Source: a bacterium
GTDB lineage: Bacteria; SAR324; JACQKK01
NCBI GenBank assembly: GCA_965240465.1
Contig: OZ251219.1
Span: 352,001 to 416,000 of the forward strand
Reading direction: 5' to 3'
DNA: 64,000 nucleotides
Part shown: positions 9,835 to 19,222 of the stretch, piece by piece
Layout: every line of letters starts with the position of its first letter
How positions within the stretch are numbered: the first letter of the stretch is position 1
Notes under the pieces: model-generated
Told to the model about the DNA's origin: nothing
Seen by the model: the letters and a program-made list of their open reading frames with translations, nothing else
Databases searched by the model: none
Program-made: the position numbers and the translations under genes

Positions 9835-10902
9835 CTACATGTTCTCAGCTAGTTCTTTTCTAGCAGCCTCCAAAATACCCAAAGCATTCTGACGACAAAG
9901 CTGCTCAGCTACTTCATCTGCCAATTGCTGCCAATTATGCGGTTCTTGCCACCCATGGGCAAATGCTGTCTGGCTCCCCTCCAAAGAAGTTACCCGACCC
10001 CTTAAATGTAACTTCTTATTCTCCATCCTCGCCAAAGCCCCCACCGGAGCAAAACAACCTCCACTTAAATTAGTAAGCAAACGCCTTTCAGTCAACACAC
10101 AACGCTCTAAAATAGGTTGTCGCAGAGGTGCTAGCAAATTAGCAATATCGGAGCGTCCCTTAAGATATTGGCATGCCAACGCCCCTTGAGCCGGAGACGG
10201 AAGTAAGATCTCCAATCCAATGTACGAAGAAATCTTATCATTCAACCCCAACCGATGAACACCAGCCGCCGCCAAAATAACCCCATCCACCAGATCAGCA
10301 CCATTGCTACCTTCTCGCAGTGCCTGTTCAACCCGAGTATCAACATTCCCCCGCCAAGCCTTAAAAGATAAATCCCGACGCCAACTACATAATTGACTCT
10401 GTCGCCTGAGACTACTCGTCCCCAAACATGCCCCCTGAGGAAGATCCTCCAATCCGCCATGCTTGCTCACCAACACATCTCTCACATCTTCTCTCTCCGA
10501 TACCAAACACCACTCCAACTGCTCCGCTGAACTGGATTCAATGTCCTTGCAAGAGGCTACCACCAACTCTATTTCCCCTGCCAGCAAAGCCTTCTCCAAG
10601 GTGCTATTAAAAATACCTCCTCCCCTCTCCGCATATAAATTCACCATGGAAACCCCCTGAAAAACATCCCCTAGCGACTCCCTAACACATTCCTCACAAC
10701 GCAAATTAGGCCATCGCAATTGTAATTGCCTAATCACTTGGCGCGCTTGAAGCAAAGCTAATCGGCTACCTCTGGTGCCAACCCTCAATTTCCCTGAGAA
10801 GATTTTCTTACTCACATACACCCTTTGTGGATCACCCCCCTCCCTCTTTTCTCCCCTTACTAGTTGGCAGATTGCTGGATTGCTGGTCTGACCTAAACCC
10901 AT
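9835..10902 (-). CDS. hemC: Hydroxymethylbilane synthase (porphobilinogen deaminase)
   Basis: GTRGSRLAL.Q, REDVRDVL, GTSSLRR, RGNVDTR, PAQGALA, GGC..PVG (cofactor Cys). Confidence 0.92.
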   Translation of the reverse strand: MGLGQTSNPAICQLVRGEKREGGDPQRVYVSKKIFSGKLRVGTRGSRLALLQARQVIRQLQLRWPNLRCEECVRESLGDVFQGVSMVNLYAERGGGIFNSTLEKALLAGEIELVVASCKDIESSSAEQLEWCLVSEREDVRDVLVSKHGGLEDLPQGACLGTSSLRRQSQLCSWRRDLSFKAWRGNVDTRVEQALREGSNGADLVDGVILAAAGVHRLGLNDKISSYIGLEILLPSPAQGALACQYLKGRSDIANLLAPLRQPILERCVLTERRLLTNLSGGCFAPVGALARMENKKLHLRGRVTSLEGSQTAFAHGWQEPHNWQQLADEVAEQLCRQNALGILEAARKELAENM

Positions 10903-10996
10903 TTCATCCTAGGAACGGATTGTACCACAACAATACCAGTTATGGTGTAGGCTAGAACTCAGCGTGAAAAATGAGAAAATTACCAAGTTCTAGTAT

Positions 10997-11052
10997 CAAA
11001 GAAATAATAGCAAGGAAATAATAGCAAAGGAATAATGGCAAAGGAATAATGG
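10997..11052 (+). repeat. 14-bp tandem repeat x4; the last copy supplies the pgk RBS (aagga) and ATG
   Basis: caaagaaataatag / caaggaaataatag / caaaggaataatgg / caaaggaataatgg. Confidence 0.85.
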
Positions 11053-12272
11053 GAACAGCAAAACTCTCTATAACACAATTGAAGTTGCCGGGCTTACGAG
11101 TGCTAATGCGGGTGGATTTCAATGTACCCTTAGACGAGCAAGGTCAGGTTGCCGATGACTATCGGCTGTTAGAGTCCCTGCCGAGTATAAAGCATATTTT
11201 AGAGCGTGGGGGGCGTTTAATTTTAATATCGCATTTAGGACGACCGTCGGGGAAGCCAGTCAGCCAGTATTCGCTGCAGCCAGTCGCCCAAAGATTGGAA
11301 GCTCTGCTGGGACAGACAGTCCGTTTTTGTGCCGATATTCTAGGCGAGCAAGCTCAAGCAGCGGTAAAATCTTTGCTACCAGGGCAAGTGCTTTTGCTGG
11401 AGAACCTACGCTTTAACCCTAGTGAAATCACCAATGACGCTCAATTTGCTCGTCAATTGGCAGATTTTGGAGATGTGTTCATCAGTGATGCATTTGGGGT
11501 ATTGCATCGTACTCAGGCTTCTACTGAGGCTCTGCCCCATTGTTTTAAGCAGGCAGCCTGTGGATTGCTGGTAGAAAAAGAAGTTCAATTTTTGCAAACC
11601 TTATTCAAAGATCGCCGTCGCAAGCCTACCGTAGCCGTTTTAGGAGGGAAGAAAGTTTCCGACAAAATGGGGTTGATCCGAGCTCTGTTGCAGAAGGTGA
11701 ATACCGTCATGATCGGTGGAGCCATGGCTTACACCTTCTTAAAGGCGAAGGGGAATACCATTGGAGATTCCCCGGTGGAAGAAGAGCAACTAGAACTGGC
11801 AGCCGAGCTGGAACTATTTAGCCTGCAACAAGGTAAAGCCCTGCTCCTGCCCTTAGATCACCTCATCGCCCCGAGTGCGACAACATCCCGCAAACGAGCA
11901 TCAGCTGGAGAAACAAACAGCGTCTGTGGCGGAGTTAACATTCCCCCAGGGATGGTAGGAATGGATATAGGTCCGATGACCTTGCAAGCTTATATCAACA
12001 GCGTATTGCGTTCTAAATTGGTTATCTGGAATGGTCCCCTAGGAGTGTTTGAACAACCCGCCTTTGCCAAGGGTACTTTGGATTTAGCTGCCGCCATGGC
12101 CAGATCCGATGCCACCACTCTGGTCGGAGGAGGCGAATCGGTAGCTGCCATTCGCCAAGCAGGACTGCAACAACAGATTACCCGTATCTCCACTGGTGGT
12201 GGTGCTACTCTAGCCTTTCTAGAAGATAAACCCCTCCCCGGCCTAGCCGCCCTAACCGATGCTAGTACCTAG
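11049..12272 (+). CDS. pgk: Phosphoglycerate kinase
   Basis: RVDFNVP, SHLGRP, LLENLRF, WNGPLGVFE, STGGGA. Confidence 0.96.
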   Translation: MGTAKLSITQLKLPGLRVLMRVDFNVPLDEQGQVADDYRLLESLPSIKHILERGGRLILISHLGRPSGKPVSQYSLQPVAQRLEALLGQTVRFCADILGEQAQAAVKSLLPGQVLLLENLRFNPSEITNDAQFARQLADFGDVFISDAFGVLHRTQASTEALPHCFKQAACGLLVEKEVQFLQTLFKDRRRKPTVAVLGGKKVSDKMGLIRALLQKVNTVMIGGAMAYTFLKAKGNTIGDSPVEEEQLELAAELELFSLQQGKALLLPLDHLIAPSATTSRKRASAGETNSVCGGVNIPPGMVGMDIGPMTLQAYINSVLRSKLVIWNGPLGVFEQPAFAKGTLDLAAAMARSDATTLVGGGESVAAIRQAGLQQQITRISTGGGATLAFLEDKPLPGLAALTDAST

Positions 12273-12416
12273 CTCCTGATGGCTGGATGAGTATTGGCAA
12301 AATATCTGCCAGCTTTGGCAAAGTTCTAGCATGAAGGCATGCTAGGTGGTTCTGAAGAGGGAGCAGGGGGCGGGCATGATTGCAGGGGGCAGGCATGATT
12401 CAGGAGGCGGGCATAG

Positions 12417-13493
12417 GTGCGGGCAGGGCGAGTTAGTGGGGGGGGGGGAGGGGGGGTCTTTCAGCTGAGTCATCAATCATTTTGGGCTAAGCATTGGTCG
12501 GAAAGAATAAAGCCAGAAGAGGAAAGATATGCAAAGAAATATGACAAGAAAAGCCACGCCAAGAAAAGCCAAAATAGGAAAGATATGCAAAGAAATATGA
12601 CAAGAAAAGCCACGCCAAGAAGAGCCATGCAAAGAAATATGCCAAGTATGGCACTAGTTTGGTGGCTGGCTATGGCAATCCTAAGCCAATTTCCCTTGAT
12701 TACCCAAGCTAAGCCAGCAGTTTTTGCATTCAATCCTAAGGTAGGGATTGAGCGTCTTTCACTTTCCACAGAACGTATAACCAGCCAAGAGGATTTTTTC
12801 CTGCAGGTTTCTCTTTACAACCGAGGCCCACAATCACTGCAAGTATGGATTCTAGCCCAGCTAGAATCTCGCCCTGACCACGGAGCAAAAACCATTCTCA
12901 AGCCGCACTGGAAGAAGGTTCAGTTACCGCCATCTTTTAATCGCAATTTGTTTTTGCCCTTAGCGACTCCATCCCGATCGGGCTTTTGGCAAGTGAGGGT
13001 CAACTTGTTTGGTCCCGAACAAAAACAATCACTTTTGCCTGCCAGCTACACCCTCCCCTTTAGCAGCAGCTACGGAGGTATAGAGGAAATCTCCTCAGAA
13101 ATGGCCCTGAGCGAAAAAACATTCTCGCCAACCATCAACCTAGTACTCCCCGATCTAGCTTGGGAAGCCATTCAGGTTATTCCTACTAAAACCAATCAAT
13201 TCCACCTAAGAGGATTACTCATCAACCAAGGTGGTAGCCCAGCTAAGCATATTGTCTTGCATGGAATTTATGCTACCCCCGATAACTCCAATAAACTTCA
13301 ATCATTGGAAACACCCGTGCTTATTAACTTACTATCCCCAGGAGAACAAATATGGGTAGATATCAAAGATGAATTCCCTCCCCAAGCCAAAAACCCCACT
13401 CGCATAGGAATACAAGCCGATCCCAAAAACCTCATCCCAGAAGCCCAAGAGGATAATAACGATGTCTATGCCTCGCCCTTTGTTTTTCGCTAG
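12417..13493 (+). CDS. Exported protein with C-terminal CARDB-like domain (real start probably near 12585-12640)
   Basis: PDL..., N.GG.PA and DPKNLIPEAQEDNN CARDB-like signature. The signal peptide begins about 70 codons into the ORF; the upstream part is poly-G plus a 56-bp-period duplication (12521-12626). Confidence 0.65.
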   Translation: MRAGRVSGGGGGGVFQLSHQSFWAKHWSERIKPEEERYAKKYDKKSHAKKSQNRKDMQRNMTRKATPRRAMQRNMPSMALVWWLAMAILSQFPLITQAKPAVFAFNPKVGIERLSLSTERITSQEDFFLQVSLYNRGPQSLQVWILAQLESRPDHGAKTILKPHWKKVQLPPSFNRNLFLPLATPSRSGFWQVRVNLFGPEQKQSLLPASYTLPFSSSYGGIEEISSEMALSEKTFSPTINLVLPDLAWEAIQVIPTKTNQFHLRGLLINQGGSPAKHIVLHGIYATPDNSNKLQSLETPVLINLLSPGEQIWVDIKDEFPPQAKNPTRIGIQADPKNLIPEAQEDNNDVYASPFVFR

Positions 13494-13718
13494 CTCATCG
13501 GGAGCAAACTTAAAGCAGGCTCAAATCAAACTTAAAGCAGGATAATAACGATGTCTATGCCTCGCCCTTTGTTTTTCGCTAGCTCATCGGGAGCAAACTT
13601 AAAGCAGGCTTAAATCAAATTTAAAGGAGGATAATAACGATGTCTATGCCTCGCCCTTTGTTTTTCGCTAGCTCATCGGGAGCAAACTTAAAGCAGGCTC
13701 AAATCAAACTTAAAGGAG
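13451..13718. repeat. About 89-bp tandem repeat x3 containing the 3' end of the CARDB gene
   Basis: Copies start at 13451, 13540 and 13629. Confidence 0.92.
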
Positions 13719-14717
13719 GCTCAAAGCTACTTCTGCCAGCCGATTGCAGTATCCCCATTCATTGTCGTACCAAGCGAGAAGCTTCACCATTTTTCCTCCT
13801 ATCAGTTTGGTACTGGGAGCATCTAGAATGGAAGAGTGAGTATTGCCTTTGAAATCTATGGATACCAAGGGCTCATCGCTGTACTGCAGAATTCCCTTTA
13901 AGTGTCCCTCAGCAGCTTCCTTCAGCTTGGCATTGATGCCTCCTTGGCTGGCTGGCTCGCTAAGAATAGCGGTGAAATCCACCACCGAGCAAGTGGGGAT
14001 CGGCACTCGGATGGCGAATCCGTCTAGCTTTCCTTGCAATTCAGGTAGCACTAAACCGATCGCACTAGCAGCCCCAGTAGTGGTAGGGATCATGGAAAGA
14101 GCCGCCGCACGTGCTCTTCTGAGATCTTTATTAGATCTATCAAGGGTGTGTTGATCATTGGTGTAGGCGTGGATGGTGGTCATCAAGCCATGGGAGATTC
14201 CCCAGTTTTGATGGAGTACTTGGGCTAAGGGAGCTAGGCAATTAGTAGTACAAGAGGCATTGGAGATCACATGATGCTGGTCGGGCTGATAGCGATCTAG
14301 ATTAACTCCCTTTACCAAGGTTATATCTACATCTTTGGCAGGAGCGGAGATCAACACTTTTTTAGCCCCTGCCTGTAAATGAACACTGGCTGAAGCTCTG
14401 TCTACAAAATGGCCAGTACATTCCAGCATCACTTGGATGCCTTGGGCTTGTAGAGGTAATTTGGCAGGATCTCTTTCGGCAGAGACCATGATTTTTTTAC
14501 CGTCCACTACCAAGTTATTGCCATCTGTACGCACCTCTGCAGAGAAGATGCCGTAATTGGAATCGTACTTCAGCAGGTGTGCCAGAGTTTCTACTCCAGC
14601 GGGATCGTTGATCAGTTTAACTTCAAAGTTTGAGTTATCAAAGTTTGGGTTATTGCGGGATGCCCGCAAGACATTGCGGCCAACCCGTCCAAATCCATTT
14701 ATTCCTATGGCAGTCAT
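13710..14717 (-). CDS. gap: Type I glyceraldehyde-3-phosphate dehydrogenase
   Basis: GINGFGRVGR, SNASCTTNCLAP, WYDNEWGY. Confidence 0.97.
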   Translation of the reverse strand: MTAIGINGFGRVGRNVLRASRNNPNFDNSNFEVKLINDPAGVETLAHLLKYDSNYGIFSAEVRTDGNNLVVDGKKIMVSAERDPAKLPLQAQGIQVMLECTGHFVDRASASVHLQAGAKKVLISAPAKDVDITLVKGVNLDRYQPDQHHVISNASCTTNCLAPLAQVLHQNWGISHGLMTTIHAYTNDQHTLDRSNKDLRRARAAALSMIPTTTGAASAIGLVLPELQGKLDGFAIRVPIPTCSVVDFTAILSEPASQGGINAKLKEAAEGHLKGILQYSDEPLVSIDFKGNTHSSILDAPSTKLIGGKMVKLLAWYDNEWGYCNRLAEVALSLL

Positions 14718-14833
14718 TAATTCAATTTAACAAATAATAAATTCTGATATTTGCTAGACGATGCTAGCCTATCCGAGCAGTAAAATAAACCCTATCTTTT
14801 TCGGAGTTTATCATTTAGTCCTCAGCTACTCTT

Positions 14834-14912
14834 TTTAAGCATTCCAATTTAAGCATTCCAATTTAAGCATTCCAATTTAAGCATTCCAATTTAAGCATTC
14901 CAATTTAAGCAT
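14834..14912. repeat. 14-bp tandem repeat (tttaagcattccaa, about 5.6 copies) in the gap/ribBA divergent intergenic region
   Basis: Read directly; a second short repeat (aattagcaattgcc) lies at about 14945-14978. Confidence 0.9.
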
Positions 14913-15091
14913 CTCAATAATCATCCACCACCAGCTAGCATGCTAATTAGCAATTGCCAATTAGCAATTGCCAATTGCTACACTTGTTGGGATAATGAGG
15001 GGCTACGGGTGATGGTTTTCGTTGCCCTTCAAACAACGCTCTTCGCATGTCATCTTAACCATAAGCTTAGCTATCGTCCTATCTATTTATC

Positions 15092-16363
15092 ATGGCTGAA
15101 AAGACCTCTCCTGAATCGGTCCCAGAAGATACCACCGTTACCATAGGCTCGGATTTATCTTTGGCTAGGTCCCACCATTTTGACAGCGTGCAAGCTGCCA
15201 TAGAAGCCTTCGGTCGCGGGGAGATGGTGATAATGGCGGATGATGAAAGCCGAGAAAATGAGGGCGATTTAGTCTGTGCTGCTCAGTATGTAACTCCTGA
15301 GATTATAAATTTTATGGCTCGTAAGGCCGGGGGATTGATATGTATGGCCTTGCATGCAGAGATCGTAAAGCAACTGAAATTGCCCATGATGGTGCAAGAA
15401 AATAACAGTACCCATGGCACTCCCTTTACGGTGAGTGTGGAAGCTCGCCGCGGGGTTACCACTGGCATTTCTGCCTTTGATCGTGCCCATACCATTCGTA
15501 CTGCTACCGATCCTGAAGCTTTACCCGAAGATTTGGTATCCCCAGGGCATGTATTTCCTCTAAAAGCCGAGGAAGGCGGAGTGCTAGTAAGAGCTGGTCA
15601 AACCGAAGGCTCGGTAGACTTAGCCTTGATGGCAGGATTACGCCCAGCGGGGGTATTGTGTGAAATAATGGATGAGGATGGGCGAATGGCACGCTATCCT
15701 CGTCTGCGTCAATTTGCTGATGAGTATGGCATCAAGTTCATTACCATTTCCGATCTAATCGCTTGGAGGAAGTGCAAGGAGATCTCTGTTCGTCGGTTGG
15801 CTTCTTGTACCTTACCTACTGCGGTGGGCAAATTCCAAATGATTGGTTATCAACACCAGAACAAGAAATTTGATTATGTTGCCCTTACCAAAGGTAGCTG
15901 GAAAGCTGATGAGCCTGTGCTGGTACGGGTGCATTCTCAGTGTTTGACTGGTGATGTATTTTCCTCATTGCGTTGTGATTGCGGCAGTCAATTGCAAGCA
16001 GCCATGCGTATGGTAGCCGCAGAAAAGGGAGTAGTGCTTTATCTGCCTCAGGAAGGACGCGGGATCGGGCTGATAAATAAGATCCGAGCTTATGCTATCC
16101 AAGACCAAGGAGCAGACACCGTGGAGGCCAATCACCGCTTAGGCTTCAACGAAGATTTACGTCATTATGGCATCGGAGCTCAAATCCTCAGCGATATGGG
16201 TATCCGCAAGATGCGTCTCATTACCAACAATCCTCGCAAGATTGTCGGGCTTTCAGGTCACGGACTGGAGGTGGTGGATAGGGTCCCCTTGAAAATCACC
16301 CCCGCCGATGAAAATCGCCAATACCTGCGGGTGAAAAAAGAAAAACTGGGACACATGCTTTGA
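15092..16363 (+). CDS. ribBA: Bifunctional DHBP synthase / GTP cyclohydrolase II
   Basis: DDESRENEGD, TGISAFDR, PGHVFPL, RVHSQCLTGD, RCDCG, QEGRGIGL. Confidence 0.96.
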   Translation: MAEKTSPESVPEDTTVTIGSDLSLARSHHFDSVQAAIEAFGRGEMVIMADDESRENEGDLVCAAQYVTPEIINFMARKAGGLICMALHAEIVKQLKLPMMVQENNSTHGTPFTVSVEARRGVTTGISAFDRAHTIRTATDPEALPEDLVSPGHVFPLKAEEGGVLVRAGQTEGSVDLALMAGLRPAGVLCEIMDEDGRMARYPRLRQFADEYGIKFITISDLIAWRKCKEISVRRLASCTLPTAVGKFQMIGYQHQNKKFDYVALTKGSWKADEPVLVRVHSQCLTGDVFSSLRCDCGSQLQAAMRMVAAEKGVVLYLPQEGRGIGLINKIRAYAIQDQGADTVEANHRLGFNEDLRHYGIGAQILSDMGIRKMRLITNNPRKIVGLSGHGLEVVDRVPLKITPADENRQYLRVKKEKLGHML

Positions 16364-16377
16364 ACAAGAGCTAAGCC

Positions 16378-16851
16378 ATGGCTGAATCTTCCGCACCTGC
16401 AACCGCAGAGAGCTTGAAAATCGCTATTTTGGTAGCCCGATTTAATCAAATAGTCACCGAAAGACTGCAGGACGGAGCCCAAAAAGCCTTTCAACAGGCA
16501 GGTGAATCTCCCTCGCAACTGGATGTTATCCACACCCCAGGTGCATTTGAGCTCCCTCAACTCGCCGCCCAGCTAGCCCGCTCAGGCAAGCACCATGCTC
16601 TGGTAGCCCTAGGGGCGGTCATCCAGGGTGAAACCACCCACTTTGAATATCTAAGCAGCAGTACCATTCAGGGGCTGATGCAGATAAGCCTCCAGTATCA
16701 TCTACCAATCGGGCTGGGAGTGCTGACGGTGAAATCCCTAGCCCAAGCACTAGAACGAACCCAAGCTGACAACAGCAATAAGGGGCATGAAGCCATGAGA
16801 AGTGCCCTAGAAATGTCTCAGCTATTACGCTCGCTTAAAAGCCCAGATTAG
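16378..16851 (+). CDS. ribH: 6,7-dimethyl-8-ribityllumazine synthase
   Basis: ARFN..VT, PGAFELP, LGAVIQGETTHFEY, NKG.EA. Confidence 0.95.
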   Translation: MAESSAPATAESLKIAILVARFNQIVTERLQDGAQKAFQQAGESPSQLDVIHTPGAFELPQLAAQLARSGKHHALVALGAVIQGETTHFEYLSSSTIQGLMQISLQYHLPIGLGVLTVKSLAQALERTQADNSNKGHEAMRSALEMSQLLRSLKSPD

Positions 16852-17012
16852 CTCTTTCCTTACGCTCTTCAGTGCCTATTTATAGTCCTACTGCTCCTCC
16901 CCCTACTGCTCCTCTTGCCCCCTACTGCCCCTCCCTCTGCCCTTCATCCTTGCCACACCCTCTGCCCTTCATCCTTGCCCCTCGCCACACCCTTTGCCAG
17001 CCAAACACCTGT

Positions 17013-18341
17013 ATGAGTAAGATAATCAACTGGCAGGGTAGCAATGAATTGCAACAGATTGGTGAGAAACTACAAAGGGCTGGGGGGCGTCCTATTTTGG
17101 TGGGTGGCTGGGTTCGTGACCGCATCTTGGGACTGCCTGCTGGTCACGATTATGATGTAGAGGTATTTGGACTATCTGCTGAAAAGCTCTCCGCTCTGCT
17201 AGGCACTTTTGGTACCATACACGCGGTGGGAAAGCACTTTGGGGTTTTCAAATTAGATATCAAGAACAGCCATTATGATTTTAGTCTCCCTCGCCGTGAA
17301 AGCAATATCGGACCTGGACACAAGAATTTTACCATCAACACCGACCCCAAACTGGATTATCAAGAGGCTGCTTCTCGCCGTGATTTTACCATCAATAGTT
17401 TGGGATATGCCTTCTTGGAAGACACCCTCTTAGATCCCTTTAATGGGTACACTCACTTACAGAAACGTTGGTTACAGCACATCAGCCCGGCCTTTGCCGA
17501 AGACCCTCTTAGAGTACTAAGGGCCATGCAGCTGGCGGCTCGCTTTGGTTTGGAAATCGCTCCTGAAACCCTGATCATCTGCCGAAAACAAGACCTCGCT
17601 GAACTTCCTAAGGAACGCATCTGGGAAGAATGGAAAAAACTGCTCCTGACTAGCAAACCATCTCAAGGACTGAGTTGGGCTCCTCAATTGGGCATTTGCG
17701 ATTTCTTTCCGCCTCTTAAGAAACTCTTTCACCATCGTCAGCACTGGGAACAAACTCTCTCCTCCTTAGACAAACTGGCTACCATCAAGCAGGAACACCC
17801 CAAAAATCAACAACTAGTTCTCATGCTGGCTGGCTTGTTATTCTACTTGGATGAACACCCCAACCCACCGCCACTTCCTCGCCCACTGAGTCAACTTCCC
17901 CACGCCATCTCCATGCTAGAAAGCCTCATCGGAGAACAACATCTCTCCAAAGATGTACTTGCACTGCTGGCTGATGCCCTTACCCCGCAGCAGATCCGTT
18001 GTCAACCAACCTCAGCCATGGGCGATTTAGGCAGATTATCCCTCAGAGTTCCAATCGCTCTGTTACATACCCTGCTATTGAGTACCTCGCCTGAAGCCCT
18101 CACTTCATGGCTTGAAAAGCAATCCCAGCAATACCTAGTCTGGGAGACCGCCCCGACCCCCTTAATAAAGGGCAAACACCTACTAGAACTGGGCTACTTG
18201 CCAGGCTCAGCAATGGGAAAATTGCTTAAACGGGCATTTCAAGCTCAACTAAATGGACACTTCTCCTCCCAGCCCGAGGGCTTGAAATGGCTAAAACAAC
18301 AACCACTACTTGGCAAATCCTTAGAGAAAAAACCCCGATAA
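17013..18341 (+). CDS. cca: Class II tRNA nucleotidyltransferase (CCA-adding type); HD region degenerate
   Basis: GGWVRD, DYDVE, RRDFTIN, DPF, EDPLRVLRA and ERIWEE motifs; full-length flexible loop. Start placed at ATG 17013 because the upstream ORF extension is C-rich low-complexity sequence. Confidence 0.8.
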   Translation: MSKIINWQGSNELQQIGEKLQRAGGRPILVGGWVRDRILGLPAGHDYDVEVFGLSAEKLSALLGTFGTIHAVGKHFGVFKLDIKNSHYDFSLPRRESNIGPGHKNFTINTDPKLDYQEAASRRDFTINSLGYAFLEDTLLDPFNGYTHLQKRWLQHISPAFAEDPLRVLRAMQLAARFGLEIAPETLIICRKQDLAELPKERIWEEWKKLLLTSKPSQGLSWAPQLGICDFFPPLKKLFHHRQHWEQTLSSLDKLATIKQEHPKNQQLVLMLAGLLFYLDEHPNPPPLPRPLSQLPHAISMLESLIGEQHLSKDVLALLADALTPQQIRCQPTSAMGDLGRLSLRVPIALLHTLLLSTSPEALTSWLEKQSQQYLVWETAPTPLIKGKHLLELGYLPGSAMGKLLKRAFQAQLNGHFSSQPEGLKWLKQQPLLGKSLEKKPR

Positions 18342-18883
18342 TCATTGCTCCCACTCCCTCTCCTCCCTCTAACTCTCTACCCTTTCTTCAGCAAAACGAC
18401 AGCTCCAACTCTAAAATAAGAAGTACCCTCTTGCGTCTGAAGACGAAAGAGCGAAGTGGATCATAAAAATCCCACTGATAAAAAATTGTTTCTAAAATGT
18501 TTGAGAGAGATAATTAGCAGAAAAGCTATAAGCACCGCCAAAAACTCCCTCCTAGTGAGGGGTAAGCAGAAAGGGGGGAGGGGTGAGGGAGAGGGGAGGC
18601 AGAAAGGGGGGAGGACAAAACCCCTTCCTGCCCGTTGTGGGAGACTTGCATCCCACAATTAAATTCTTTCAAACTAAAAGCTATCTTAGCACTCTGCATA
18701 TCCACCTTGATTTCATTATTACCAACATCAGCACTTGTGAATATCTTTATCAGGGTTATAAACAACCGCTACCTGCATATCCACCAACACCCAAAAACAT
18801 TAAAAACAGCCTTATCTTAGCACCTGCTACCCAGCAGAACGAATCACATACTACTTAATTTAGTTGATTTATATGATCTTGTC

Positions 18884-19165
18884 AATGTTTTTTACTTAAA
18901 ATAATTTATTTTTATGCCCTCAATAACAATCTGAACCGATTATCAATTTAAGATGCTACCTTTTGGCAGGTCGGCATTCAAAATAGCTGATCTTCTGGGG
19001 GACGGTACCACAAACAAGGTATTAATGTTTTTTACTTAAAATAATTTATTTTTATGTCCTCAATAACAATCTGAACCGATTATCAATTTAAGGTGCTACC
19101 TTTTGGCGGGTCGGCATTCAAAGTAGCTGATCTTCTGGGGGACGGTACCACAAATAAGGTATTAA
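18884..19165. repeat. 140-bp AT-rich tandem duplication between convergent cca and leuS
   Basis: Copies start at 18884 and 19024 and differ by a few substitutions. Confidence 0.92.
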
Positions 19166-19222
19166 AGACAATTAATATATTTATAATTTCAGAAAAACAT
19201 CAATTGCTAGTAGTTTTTCAGT

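Noticed and set aside
12417-12584. Gly-rich and Lys-rich N-terminus of the CARDB protein
   Set aside because: Made of a poly-G run and a duplicated segment ahead of the signal peptide; likely not translated.
13640-13852. 70-aa plus-strand ORF
   Set aside because: It arises from the third repeat copy (an extra C shifts the frame) and runs antisense into gap.
16872-17012. Pro-rich N-terminal extension of cca
   Set aside because: C-rich low-complexity, partly duplicated DNA with a GTG start; homology begins after ATG 17013.
18456-18858. Cluster of short overlapping ORFs in the cca-leuS gap
   Set aside because: Mutually overlapping, low-complexity and without recognisable motifs.
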